Shown here one piece after another: positions 47,423 to 58,554 of a stretch of DNA of 64,000 bases. The DNA comes from Pseudomonadales bacterium (lineage in GTDB: Bacteria > Pseudomonadota > Gammaproteobacteria > Pseudomonadales > JAUIET01): the NCBI GenBank assembly GCA_045105115.1, contig JBGCDE010000054.1, positions 13,313 to 77,312 on the forward strand, in the 5' to 3' direction. The first letter of the stretch is position 1, and the number at the start of each line of letters is the position of its first letter. The translations under genes and the position numbers were made by a program. The notes under the pieces were generated by a model. It ran no database searches, was not told the DNA's origin, and was given only the letters and a program-made list of their open reading frames with translations.

Positions 47423-49466
47423 GCTGTATCTGTTCCTCTACAATCGGCATCGTAATATTAAAAGTTGTTCCAACACCTTCTGTGCTTTGAACTTTAACAT
47501 CACCGCCTAGATTGCGTATGTATTCCCGGGTCTGAAAAACGCCAATGCCCATCCCCTGACCGGATTTGGTCGTGTCAAACGGTTTGAACAAGCGGTCCTT
47601 AATGAAATCATCCGCCATGCCTTGTCCGTTGTCTTCAACAGTAACCAGCACCTTCTTTTCGTTAAGCTCTACGAACACATCAACAAATCCATTGGCGGGC
47701 GTGGCTTCCTGCGCGTTTTTTATCACATGAGCAAAAATCATAACTAAATGATCGTGATCGCCTGTTACCCACACCGAGTCATTATCCATTCGCAGCGAAG
47801 GGGCAGGTTTTTTATCTCGGCACTTATTAACTGATTCCAGCAAAATGCGATTGAGCTCCAGACTGCGAGTTTTGGATGGTCCTCGTTGTTGCATTTTGCT
47901 CAGCAAATTGCTCATTCTTGCAACCGAGTTTTCGATGGTCTTGATAGCGTCTTCGACAAACGCCGGGTTTTCTTTATGTTTTTTGGCGTTCTCAACCACT
48001 AGTGCCTGCTGCGCGATCAGGTTCTTGAGGTCGTGCATAATGAAAGCCGTCAGCTTATTGTAAGTGTCAAATTGCTTTGACTGAGCAAGCTGCTCTGCGG
48101 CTACATGCAATGCGAGGTAACTGCCCAACTGACGCCCCACTGTTTTCAATACATCAAGATCTTCCCAACTAAGATTAGTCGTATTATCCGCGCGGCATAG
48201 CGAAATAAAGCCTAGCAGACGTTGCTGCGCGATCAGCGGCACTACTACCCATATTTCGCTGATCTGGCCAAGCCACTCTGGTAGTGCCAGATTGTGATTG
48301 GCGTTGTTGCGATGATTGCCTTGCGGGTGAAAAACCCAATCAGCTGCCAGCAGTTCGCCAAAGTCGCTGTCGCCAGGTACTGACGGCAGAGCATCGAAGT
48401 TGTCCAGGGTGCTTGCGGCGAATCTGAAATCATCGTCGTTGCGCAACCATAGACAGGCTGAGCTTGCGTGAAAAACCGCGCACGCAGCATCGAGCGCAAT
48501 GGCTTTCTCATTCTTGTCAGCCGAAGGCTGCGAAAGAATGTTAATCAGATTCAACCATTCGGTTCTATAGTCGTATTTATGCATAAAGAAATTCTTATTG
48601 ATAAATACACGAATCGAGGCTCGTAAATTAGGTGAAGTAAACAGTATTAGCAGAGTTGTTCCAGCCCCCACTAATAGAGCCACTTGAAGAATAGTTCCCC
48701 AACTTCCACCAAACGCTTTAACGTAGTAAGCGGTTGCCGCCATTACAAACAAAAACACACCAGCAATCACTAGACTGGCACTGTAAAACACCATTTTTCT
48801 GGAGATGCTCACGCGGCTGCTGTGCTGGCTTCGTGTACTTGCGAATAGCAAACTGATGCCGGCAATCAGGTTTACGACCGGTCGAAATTCCTCAATCGAC
48901 GAGTCGATGCGGTTAAAAAGGAGGGCATTGGCGTAGAACACAATATCAAATATAAAGAACAGCGCCGTTCCGATGCATAAAAAAAGAACGGCTTGCTTTT
49001 GTCGATCGAGAGTATTTCTCAGCACCTGCTCAACGACAATAATGCCCAAAAGACCCAGCAGTAAGTTGGCCCAAATCAGTGCGCTTAATGCATCGGGCGC
49101 ACCGCCCCGAATGATTAAGTAGGGTGCAAATAAGGCTCCGGCCAGCATCAGCAAACCGAGTAGCGCATACATTGGTAATAAACGCTGTCGCCCCTGCTCG
49201 TCGGCGACATGAAGTAGCAAGGTGGCAAGCAATGCGGTAACCCATCCAGCGTAGTGCAATGTTGCTAATACCTGAGTTAAGGCAGTTGGCTGTGTTGACT
49301 GGCCAGGGGAGATGCTGAAATGCCAGCAAGCCGTTATCAGGCTGGCCACAATAAACAAGGGGGAATAGATTCCTTCCCGCCAGGGTCGTATGAAAACGAA
49401 AGCCAATACGATGAACAGCAAACTTGCCGCAGTATGGCTGCTAAAGACGAATTGATCGATGGGCAT
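47412..49466 (-). CDS. prsK: Polytopic GAF-containing sensor histidine kinase, PEP-CTERM system type
   Basis: 684 aa. About 8-9 N-terminal TM segments and a central GAF-like region. H-box FIMHDLKNL, N-box VIKNAQEA, G-boxes DNGQGM and GMGIG. Confidence 0.8.
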   Translation of the reverse strand: MPIDQFVFSSHTAASLLFIVLAFVFIRPWREGIYSPLFIVASLITACWHFSISPGQSTQPTALTQVLATLHYAGWVTALLATLLLHVADEQGRQRLLPMYALLGLLMLAGALFAPYLIIRGGAPDALSALIWANLLLGLLGIIVVEQVLRNTLDRQKQAVLFLCIGTALFFIFDIVFYANALLFNRIDSSIEEFRPVVNLIAGISLLFASTRSQHSSRVSISRKMVFYSASLVIAGVFLFVMAATAYYVKAFGGSWGTILQVALLVGAGTTLLILFTSPNLRASIRVFINKNFFMHKYDYRTEWLNLINILSQPSADKNEKAIALDAACAVFHASSACLWLRNDDDFRFAASTLDNFDALPSVPGDSDFGELLAADWVFHPQGNHRNNANHNLALPEWLGQISEIWVVVPLIAQQRLLGFISLCRADNTTNLSWEDLDVLKTVGRQLGSYLALHVAAEQLAQSKQFDTYNKLTAFIMHDLKNLIAQQALVVENAKKHKENPAFVEDAIKTIENSVARMSNLLSKMQQRGPSKTRSLELNRILLESVNKCRDKKPAPSLRMDNDSVWVTGDHDHLVMIFAHVIKNAQEATPANGFVDVFVELNEKKVLVTVEDNGQGMADDFIKDRLFKPFDTTKSGQGMGIGVFQTREYIRNLGGDVKVQSTEGVGTTFNITMPIVEEQIQHVG

Positions 49467-49577
49467 TGCAGTGGGCTCTGAACGGCCAGCGTTAGATGGA
49501 AACGCTAATTATGCAATAAACGGCGGGAGCTGATTGTGGTAATACTGTCGCTAAAGTGGATCAGTTGATCTGAGCGC

Positions 49578-51761
49578 TTATTTGCCGTCGTGTTCGGTTG
49601 CGGCGTCGCTTAATTTGCTGGAGATACTGGCTACGGCAAGATCAAACAATGGCGTGTCTTCAATGATCTTCAATCGGCCGTCCTGCAGGCTTTGTGCTAA
49701 GTCGCGTCTAGCCAGAATGGCGAAGCGGGCGCCAAAGCGATTGACCAGCAGAACGCTGTCTTCTGTATCGAGAAAAGCAGATACCTTGCAATATTTGCCG
49801 GAGCAGTGATCGCTGAGTTTTAAGCGTATCCAGTCACCTTCGCGTAGCTCGCCAATGGCCTTCAAGTAACGAAATTCAGGTAGTGATTGCGCAGGACTAT
49901 TGGCCCAAGCGCCTTCTTTTGGCGTATTGCTCTGATCTTCTTCAGCCGCTGAGATGGGGCTTTGTTCAAATGCCTCGATATCGGCCGCCAATATTAATTC
50001 GTGCAGCTTACGCATATCCGCCAATGCTTGCTGCCAGCTCTGGTCTGCCTGCTGATAGTTCGCAAGGTATTTCTCAATTGTTTTGTACAGCTCCGGTAGC
50101 AAGCGTTCAAGGCGATTGCGCGAGCGTTCATCACGGTGCGCCTGGGCAGTCCAAAGCAAGTCATCAGCCAATTGCTCTGACTCCAGCCATTCGCTGCTTT
50201 GGTCACCGAAATTCAAATAATTGTGCAGCATGAGTTTCTGCCAATGAACTTGCAGAAAATCACTGACAACAGTCGGTACGCGCTTATTCTTGAATTTCTC
50301 ACCTAGCACAATTCCGACTTTTTCTCGCGCATGACGGGTCAGCGCATTGTTTCTTGCAGACTGACTAACGCGTTGCTCTATTGCCTGTGATTTTTGATCT
50401 TCACCTTGAAGCAAATCCTGCATGCTGATTAACAGGGCCTGAAAATCGGCGTCTACCGCTTCTGCATTTTCGGTGAGCTGCTGAACAATACGGTTAGCGA
50501 GCTCGTAGAAAGCCTCGTGTTCTTGTTTTTCGATATCACGACCATAGCTGGCACGGGCAAGCTCATTGATCAAGTGACGAAGCGGATGTTCACGAGTTGT
50601 GAACAAATAGCGATCGCGAAGTGCTACTTTCAGAACAGGTATTTGCAATCTCGCGAGCAAGGCCTGCATGTCTAAAGGCAGTGCTTCGTCATCAAGTACA
50701 AAGTCGAAAAACATGCTGACCAGATTTATTGTGTTTTCATCGGCCGAATGCAGCGCCGTTGACTGGCCCTGGTCTTGCCTTGCCTGTAAAAGCGACTGCA
50801 ATATCTCTGGTAGAACATTAATACCGCCGTTGTGCTCTGCTCTATTTTGGGTGCCAGTATTCAGGTCATGTGCGTTTGATAACAACCCCGACAGCTCGAG
50901 GCTGTTTAGTGCGGAACCATTCGAGTACTGTGCCAGGTCGATTAGGTTTCTATGCGCTGCGGGATTCTGTCTAAGTGCAGAAACCAGGCGAACTAACTCA
51001 TCGTCTGTGTCCTGAAAGCTTGCTTGGTTTGCCGCCGGGGGGCTCTGCTTGGGGCTTGGCTGCCGGTGGCTCGCCAGGTTGCGAGTGCGCAGTTTCAGTC
51101 CAGGCAATACACCTGCGTCAATCAGGGTTTGATTTGCCGCGTCGATCACTGGTCCTAAGTGCTCAATAACCTGGTGTTCGAAATGTTCGAACAGTTTGAG
51201 CTTGACCGGCAGCTCCGTATCGAGCTCATTGCATTGATTTGAAAATATCTTCAGCAATGTCCCTGGGTCGAGTGGACTTCCATCGTCATCCAATCCGCCG
51301 ATACCCATCAAGTGCTGAAACCGTGCACTGAACTTCATCAAAGATTCGGCGAATCTAAGTCGCGATCGATTTACTATTGTTTGGGATGCAACCGATACTT
51401 CCAGCGCATCGTTGCCGACCAATTCGAGAGATATTTGATCGGCGTCGATATCGGCCAGTTTCGTCTCTGACTTATTGCCGGACGCATTGGCGCTGCCTGC
51501 AAAGGCGATTTTAAATTGATCGACGATACAATCAGTAATATTGGTCGCGTGAATTCGCAGTTCCCGCATGGCTTCAAAATAGAGGTTTTGCAGAGAATTG
51601 CTGTCCGCTGTTTCCGCAAGCTCGAACAAGGCATCGTCGCAGTGAAGAAAAAACGAGTGGAGCAGTTTTTCAAGCGACAGCGACGATTTATCGCGTACTT
51701 CAACGATAGGCTTTGGCAGGTGTGAGGCGTCTGCCGATGGTTTGCTAGTGGAGTGGGACAC
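49578..51761 (-). CDS. Large helical protein of unknown function (DUF1631-like), paralog A
   Basis: 727 aa. Shares long blocks with the next gene, for example NLYFEAMRELR and INLVSMFFDFVLDDEALPLDMQALLARLQIPVLKVALRD. The family name is recalled, not searched. Confidence 0.7.
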   Translation of the reverse strand: MSHSTSKPSADASHLPKPIVEVRDKSSLSLEKLLHSFFLHCDDALFELAETADSNSLQNLYFEAMRELRIHATNITDCIVDQFKIAFAGSANASGNKSETKLADIDADQISLELVGNDALEVSVASQTIVNRSRLRFAESLMKFSARFQHLMGIGGLDDDGSPLDPGTLLKIFSNQCNELDTELPVKLKLFEHFEHQVIEHLGPVIDAANQTLIDAGVLPGLKLRTRNLASHRQPSPKQSPPAANQASFQDTDDELVRLVSALRQNPAAHRNLIDLAQYSNGSALNSLELSGLLSNAHDLNTGTQNRAEHNGGINVLPEILQSLLQARQDQGQSTALHSADENTINLVSMFFDFVLDDEALPLDMQALLARLQIPVLKVALRDRYLFTTREHPLRHLINELARASYGRDIEKQEHEAFYELANRIVQQLTENAEAVDADFQALLISMQDLLQGEDQKSQAIEQRVSQSARNNALTRHAREKVGIVLGEKFKNKRVPTVVSDFLQVHWQKLMLHNYLNFGDQSSEWLESEQLADDLLWTAQAHRDERSRNRLERLLPELYKTIEKYLANYQQADQSWQQALADMRKLHELILAADIEAFEQSPISAAEEDQSNTPKEGAWANSPAQSLPEFRYLKAIGELREGDWIRLKLSDHCSGKYCKVSAFLDTEDSVLLVNRFGARFAILARRDLAQSLQDGRLKIIEDTPLFDLAVASISSKLSDAATEHDGK

Positions 51762-51845
51762 TGCGATTGTAGACCTGGAACAACAACTATAAAAATAGTC
51801 TCGATTAGGCCTTTTGTCTAAGTGTCCGAGCCGGGAGTGATGCGT

Positions 51846-54119
51846 TTAAGCAGGCTGTACCTGATTGCGTTGTTCGCTGGCGTACTTATGCAATCTTGTT
51901 GTTACTTTGCTCATTATTCGATCAAAAAACAATTCTTGCTGCAGCACCTGTGCTCGGCCTTCTTGTAGATTATGAGCAAATTCTTTACGTTTCTTTTCGG
52001 CAATCTTAAAACCTGCGCGATTAACGAACACAAAGGTATCACTGGTTTCAATTTTGGCTGCAAGCTTGCAACGTATAGAGTCGCCTTGCGGCGATTTACC
52101 AAATAAAATCCAGCTGCCTATGGGGATTTCGTCTGCTTTGCGAATGAAGTCATAGGTTAAGGCTTGGTACTGTACCTGCTGGCGTTCAACAGCGGTCATC
52201 TCTTTCCACGGTTTTTCGTCGCGCGGTGTTGCCTGTAGAGCTTGCTTTTGCTGCTCACCCAAGGTGCCCCTGTCCAGCGATTGCGCGTCTGCCGGATCTA
52301 GCAAACTCTCTAATACAGATAGTATGGGGCCTAGGCATTCTCTGGCCTGCTCATCGCTGGGCTTTGCTGTCTGAAGCCAGTTTTGCAGCCTAATTTGAAG
52401 ATCAGCAGCCATCCTTTGTAGTCGTCGACGTGACTTTTCGTCTTCATGGCTTCGCGACGCCCATATCAAGTCGTCCAGCGTTTGCAGAGCTTCATTCCAT
52501 TGCGTACTGTCATTGCCGTGCTTCAGCTTTGCCAGTAGTAACACTTGTTGCCATTCGTTTATGGCAAAGTCCTGGATTTGCTGTGGCACCTCCACACTGT
52601 CCAGTCGCTCAAGAACCAAATCTTCTATCATGGCCTTGGTGTGGCGTGTTTTGGCTTCAGCTTCGGCGGCTTCACTCGTGCGTTTTTCAATTTTTGATAC
52701 GCGCTTGTCTTCATGCTTTCTGAAGGATCGCAGTACTTCCAGCGATGTTAAAAACACAGCATCACCGTCTTCGTAGTGATCGTGAATATCGTGCACAATT
52801 TCGGAAATTTTCGCGACCAAAGCCGTTTTGCTCTCGCTTTCCTTGTCACTCAAGCCAATGCCTGCAGCCACTACTTCATTAATTAGTTTGCGCACAGGAT
52901 GGCTGCTTGAACTAAAAAACTTCTTATCTCGCAGTGCGATTTTGAGCACGGGAATCTGCAAGCGACTGATCAGGGCTTGTACCTGTATGGGCAAGTTCTT
53001 ATCGTCCAGCACAAAATCAAAAAACATTGCAATCAGATTGATAACGTCTTCATCTGATTTACCTACCCGATTCTTCTCGCCTTTTGATTGGCGTTGTTGC
53101 AAGGTTTGCGTAAGCAGGCTGCGCAGATCGAGTTGCGGCTTTAAAAGCTCAGCACCACTTTGGGTGACCGGGTTTTCGCGCTGCAGTTCCGTGAGTATCG
53201 ACGTTAGCTCATTGCTGTCCAAAGCTGGACCCGCGCCAGAACTGAGGAAAAGTGGAAAGCCCAGATTGCCGGTCAGCGCGAGCTCGCGAACACTGCGCAA
53301 CAACTCGCTAAGTTCGCTGAACTGCTGGCTAAATTGTCGCCCGGAATGTGGCTGTTGCCCTGTATTGGCCTGCTCAGTGCTTGCCGCTGATGTTGCGCTG
53401 CTGGGCGCTTGGTCCGATGGCGACTTTTCAACTTTGTGCTTTACCTTTGGCAGTACACCGGCATTGATAAGCTGCTGGTTTGCCGTCGCAATCAAGGTAT
53501 GAAACTCACGCGCAACTGTCTTTTCAAAATGTTTGAAAAGCACCAGACGTGCCTCGATGTTCAGTTCCAAAATTTCACAGGATAACTTGAAGGCATTACC
53601 TATTTGCTGCGGATCCAGCGGATTATTGCGTTCATCAATTTCGATGTCGCTGAGCAAAAAATCGAGGCGTTTACTGAGGTGATACAGCTGGTTTTGGCAA
53701 TCTTGCCTGGTGCGAGTGACCATGCTTGTGATAGCAACACTGGTTTCCATCTCTTCAGCCTGAACCAGATCCAAAGAATCGGCCGAGCCGGGTTTTTTTG
53801 CATCGATTGCGCCGGCATGCCGACTTTTGCGTAGTTCCAGAAACTGCTTTTCAAATTCACCACTAAAGCGCGCGATCACACTATCTTTCTTGAGGCGGAT
53901 TTCACGCATTGCCTCAAAATAGATATTTTGCTGATTATTTGATTGCGCGGTCTGCGCAAGTTCAAAGAACACGTCATCGCAGCTCGAAAACATTCGATTG
54001 ATGTGATTTGACAGACTACTTGCTGCCGAATCACGCACCTGTGCGACGATGCCCGGCAGGGCTCGTGACCTTGTGGACTGCATGTTGTCCGCTATGCTGC
54101 GACTTTCTGGCAAATCCAT
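51846..54119 (-). CDS. Large helical protein of unknown function (DUF1631-like), paralog B
   Basis: 757 aa. Blocks NIYFEAMREIR and INLIAMFFDFVLDDKNLPIQVQALISRLQIPVLKIALRD are colinear with paralog A. Confidence 0.7.
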   Translation of the reverse strand: MDLPESRSIADNMQSTRSRALPGIVAQVRDSAASSLSNHINRMFSSCDDVFFELAQTAQSNNQQNIYFEAMREIRLKKDSVIARFSGEFEKQFLELRKSRHAGAIDAKKPGSADSLDLVQAEEMETSVAITSMVTRTRQDCQNQLYHLSKRLDFLLSDIEIDERNNPLDPQQIGNAFKLSCEILELNIEARLVLFKHFEKTVAREFHTLIATANQQLINAGVLPKVKHKVEKSPSDQAPSSATSAASTEQANTGQQPHSGRQFSQQFSELSELLRSVRELALTGNLGFPLFLSSGAGPALDSNELTSILTELQRENPVTQSGAELLKPQLDLRSLLTQTLQQRQSKGEKNRVGKSDEDVINLIAMFFDFVLDDKNLPIQVQALISRLQIPVLKIALRDKKFFSSSSHPVRKLINEVVAAGIGLSDKESESKTALVAKISEIVHDIHDHYEDGDAVFLTSLEVLRSFRKHEDKRVSKIEKRTSEAAEAEAKTRHTKAMIEDLVLERLDSVEVPQQIQDFAINEWQQVLLLAKLKHGNDSTQWNEALQTLDDLIWASRSHEDEKSRRRLQRMAADLQIRLQNWLQTAKPSDEQARECLGPILSVLESLLDPADAQSLDRGTLGEQQKQALQATPRDEKPWKEMTAVERQQVQYQALTYDFIRKADEIPIGSWILFGKSPQGDSIRCKLAAKIETSDTFVFVNRAGFKIAEKKRKEFAHNLQEGRAQVLQQELFFDRIMSKVTTRLHKYASEQRNQVQPA

Positions 54120-54291
54120 CAGACTGTTACCGTTGAAGCGTTCTCAAAGAGCTGAAAGTATGCCACAAAGCCGACTGTAAACGCAGGGCTGGTTAATTAT
54201 TGTACAATTTTATGGCTGATGATGACCTAGTGACGTTGGCTTGAGTCGTCATCAATACCTGCGCGTACCTTAGCGCTGGCTCGGATCAAAT

Positions 54292-55284
54292 CTACGCCTC
54301 GCGAGTTACCGCGAGCGATGCAAGCGTCTGCAGCTGCTGCCTAGCCTGCGAATCTGGCAACGGTGCAAGCGCGGTGAGCGCATCGTCGGTGTATCGTCTT
54401 GCCAGCTGGATAGTTGCTTCCAGGGCTCCACAGCTGCGTACACAGGCTGATATAGCGGCTAGATGCTCACTAGACTTTTCCTGGATCGCAGTGCGTATCA
54501 TCAAGGCATCACTTCCCCGAGCTGTTTGCATCGCTTTAATCAGGGGTAAGGTAGGTTTGCCTTCCGCAAGGTCATCACCAACGTTCTTGCCCATTACTTC
54601 GGCATTGCCTGCGTAGTCCAGATAGTCGTCCATCAGCTGGAACGCCATGCCAATCGAATGTCCATAACTGGCAAGCGCTGGCGCATGCGGTGATTCACTA
54701 TTCGCTAGCATAGCGCCGCAGCGAGCGGCGGCGGCAAACAGTCGGGCTGTCTTAAAGTGAATAACCTCGAGGTATTGAGCTTCGGTCGTGTCAGGGTCGC
54801 CAGCACGCGTTAGTTGCAGAACCTCGCCTTCTGCGATCAGGTTGGTCGTATCGGCCAATTCCGCCATCACACCGCTGTGGTTGATTTCTACCAGCATCTG
54901 AAACGCTCGCGAGTACAGGAAGTCGCCAACCAGGACGCTGGGCGCATTACCCCAAGTAGCATTGGCGGTTGGTCTTCCTCGGCGTAGCGCCGACACATCA
55001 ATAACATCGTCGTGCAATAGAGTGGCGGTGTGCAGAAATTCGATCACTGCCGCAAGGTCATGAATCTGCTGAGGCTTTTCATCAGGGCTTATTGCTTGCG
55101 CCGCTATAATGGTCAAAAGGGGGCGAAGGCGTTTGCCGCCAGCCTCTATAAGATGCTCACCGATTTCCTCAACCAGAGCGACCTTGGAGCGCAGTCGTGT
55201 TGTGATCACATCGTTCAGGCACCGCAATTCGGGCTGTAAGTCCTGTAAAAATGCTTTCATGTGAGGAGTGTGCAACTTCATCAA
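54292..55284 (-). CDS. ispB: Octaprenyl-diphosphate synthase
   Basis: 330 aa. DDxxD motifs LLHDDVIDVS and FQLMDDYLD. Divergent from rplU-rpmA as in other gammaproteobacteria. Confidence 0.9.
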   Translation of the reverse strand: MMKLHTPHMKAFLQDLQPELRCLNDVITTRLRSKVALVEEIGEHLIEAGGKRLRPLLTIIAAQAISPDEKPQQIHDLAAVIEFLHTATLLHDDVIDVSALRRGRPTANATWGNAPSVLVGDFLYSRAFQMLVEINHSGVMAELADTTNLIAEGEVLQLTRAGDPDTTEAQYLEVIHFKTARLFAAAARCGAMLANSESPHAPALASYGHSIGMAFQLMDDYLDYAGNAEVMGKNVGDDLAEGKPTLPLIKAMQTARGSDALMIRTAIQEKSSEHLAAISACVRSCGALEATIQLARRYTDDALTALAPLPDSQARQQLQTLASLAVTREA

Positions 55285-55481
55285 TAGATAGGTGGGGCAT
55301 GCTATGAACAGCGGCGAATTTAGTCAAGATGGAAGCGGGTCAATTGAGTCTAACGCCTGATTTACTCGTTTTACGGCGTCTTCTGGCGTCCTGGATTCTG
55401 CTGCAAAGACAAGGCTTGCGAGTTCCTCCAATTTTCCGTACAATTCGCGCCCTTCCAGAAAGGTCATCATTCGGACAGATT

Positions 55482-55793
55482 ATGTACGCGGTTATTGAAT
55501 GCGGTGGTAAACAACACCGAGTGGCAGAGGGTGATACCCTCAAGCTTGAAAAACTAGACGTTGAGACAGGTCAAAGCGTTGATTTTCAAAGAATTTTAGC
55601 AGTTGGCGAGGGCGCTGACCTCAAAGTAGGCAGCCCCTATGTAGACGGCGGCAAAGTGACAGCTGAGGTGCTGGAACATGGGCGCCACGACAAGGTCAAA
55701 ATCATTAAATTCAGACGCCGAAAGCACCACATGAAACGTGCCGGGCATCGCCAGTGGTACACACAGGTTAAAATCACAGGTATATCTGCCTGA
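55482..55793 (+). CDS. rplU: 50S ribosomal protein L21
   Basis: Start moved to ATG 55482 ([14 protein letters not shown]). The tracked ORF carries a spurious 51-aa N-terminal extension. Confidence 0.95.
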   Translation: MYAVIECGGKQHRVAEGDTLKLEKLDVETGQSVDFQRILAVGEGADLKVGSPYVDGGKVTAEVLEHGRHDKVKIIKFRRRKHHMKRAGHRQWYTQVKITGISA

Positions 55794-55862
55794 ACTGACT
55801 ATGCTTGAGCACTCTCTAGAATTAATAGGGCTTGAGTAAAAGACATACGGAGTTAAGTAGAC

Positions 55863-56120
55863 ATGGCACACAAAAAAGCAGGCGGCAGTACTCGAAACGG
55901 TCGTGATTCAGAAGCCAAACGGCTTGGCGTAAAGCGCTACGGTGGTCAGGAAGTGAACGCCGGCACAATTATCGTTCGTCAGCGCGGTACTCGCTTTCAC
56001 CCAGGGGAAAATGTAGGCTGTGGCAAAGATTACACCCTGTTCGCAACAGCGACTGGTAAAGTTGAGTTTGCTGTCAAAGGCCCTAACAACCGCAAGTTTG
56101 TTAACATTGTGCCTGGCTAA
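55863..56120 (+). CDS. rpmA: 50S ribosomal protein L27
   Basis: 85 aa. [24 protein letters not shown]. Confidence 0.97.
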   Translation: MAHKKAGGSTRNGRDSEAKRLGVKRYGGQEVNAGTIIVRQRGTRFHPGENVGCGKDYTLFATATGKVEFAVKGPNNRKFVNIVPG

Positions 56121-56142
56121 ATGCGCGATGTATTTCGTGGAG

Positions 56143-56169
56143 AAACCCCGCCACGAGCGGGGTTTTTTG
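56143..56169 (+). terminator. Rho-independent terminator/attenuator between rpmA and obg
   Basis: CCCCGC (56146-56151), loop CACGA, GCGGGG (ends 56162), then TTTTTT (56163-56168). Lies 23 nt after the rpmA stop and 26 nt before the obg start. Confidence 0.75.
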
Positions 56170-56191
56170 TGTTCTAAAGAACTTGGAGTAA

Positions 56192-57390
<1,199 letters not shown>

Positions 57391-57391
<1 letters not shown>

Positions 57392-58515
57392 TGAGCGAGG
57401 GTGCTGAAGCAAAACGCAGGCCGCGCTGGGTTATCAAGTTAGGCAGCTCACTGTTGACTGAAGACGGCCTGGGTTTGGCAAAAGATGCCATTGCCGATTG
57501 GGCTGCGCAGATGCAACAACTGCGCAATCAAGGTATAGACGTTGTGATCGTATCTTCTGGTTCTGTTGCCGAGGGTTGTGGCCGATTGGGCTGGCAGCAG
57601 CGCCCTAGGGATTTGTATAAGTTGCAGGCAGCAGCAGCGGTCGGCCAGATGGGCATGGTCCAAGCCTGGGAGTCACAGTTTCAAAGCAATGGCGCCCACA
57701 CCGCTTTGGTGTTGTTGATAGAAGACGACGTTCGAAACCGGCAGCGTTATTTGAATGCGCGCAAAACACTGAATGCCCTATTGGCATATAACGTTGTACC
57801 CGTAGTCAATGAAAACGATACCGTTGCAAATGAAGAGCTGCGGTTTGGCGACAACGACAGCCTTGCCGCGCTCGTGGCCAATATTATTTATGCTGATCGA
57901 CTGGTAATCATGACCGATCAATTAGGACTGTTTGACGCCGACCCACGCACTGACCCGCGAGCAAACCTGATTGCAGAGGGTAGCTCTTCAGATGATGCCT
58001 TGCTTGAAAAAGCGGGCGAGGGATCGGGTGTGCTTGGTCGCGGCGGTATGCGCACCAAAGTAATGGCGGCAAGACAGGCCGCCATTTCAGGCACAGACAC
58101 ATACATAGTGAGTGGCAGGGCCGACAATGTGCTGTTGCGCTTGCTTGCAGGCGAGGCAATCGGTACACATCTGGCCGCAGATCGAAAGCCGGCGCTGGCC
58201 AGAAAGCAGTGGATTGCCGGAAATGCGAATACACGAGGCAAACTCTGGCTGGATCAAGGTGCTGTGAAGGTGATCTCTGAGTCTGGTCGAAGCCTATTGC
58301 CAGTGGGTGTTACTCGCTGTGAAGGGCAGTTTTCCGTCGGCGATGTGGTGAGTTGCCTCAGCCCGGATGGCAAAGAAATAGCGCGCGGCCTGGTGGCTAT
58401 GCCGGCGGATGAAGTTGTTAAGGTGCTAGGAAAAACGCGTGAGCAGATTGCCGATGCGAATGTTCAGCCAAGAGACGCTGAACTGATTCACAGAGACAAT
58501 CTGGTACTACTGTAG
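57391..58515 (+). CDS. proB: Glutamate 5-kinase
   Basis: 374 aa. Amino-acid kinase domain (VIKLGSSLL..., NENDTVANEELRFGDNDSLAA) plus a C-terminal PUA-like region. Confidence 0.93.
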
Positions 58516-58554
58516 TGCTGCCCTGAGAATAGGGACTTGAGCAGAGAGGGCTAA

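Noticed and set aside
52828-53502. Long antisense or alternative-frame ORFs in the track. Examples: 52828-53502 (224 aa), 13056-13601 (181 aa), 46557-47027 (156 aa), 4695-5090 (131 aa), 10966-11403, 56174-56614 and 31675-32079.
   Set aside because: Each is fully embedded opposite, or out of frame with, a CDS that has strong family motifs. Their translations are Ser/Arg/Cys-rich and lack motifs. This is typical of shadow ORFs.
55329-55481. N-terminal extensions in tracked ORFs: rplU (55329), galU (11975), manB (12834), the beta-barrel protein (21401), the GT4 gene (26003) and proA (59647).
   Set aside because: The extensions overlap upstream genes or intergenic promoters. Internal starts reproduce the conserved N-termini ([38 protein letters not shown], signal peptide MIKTVSKK..., [18 protein letters not shown]).
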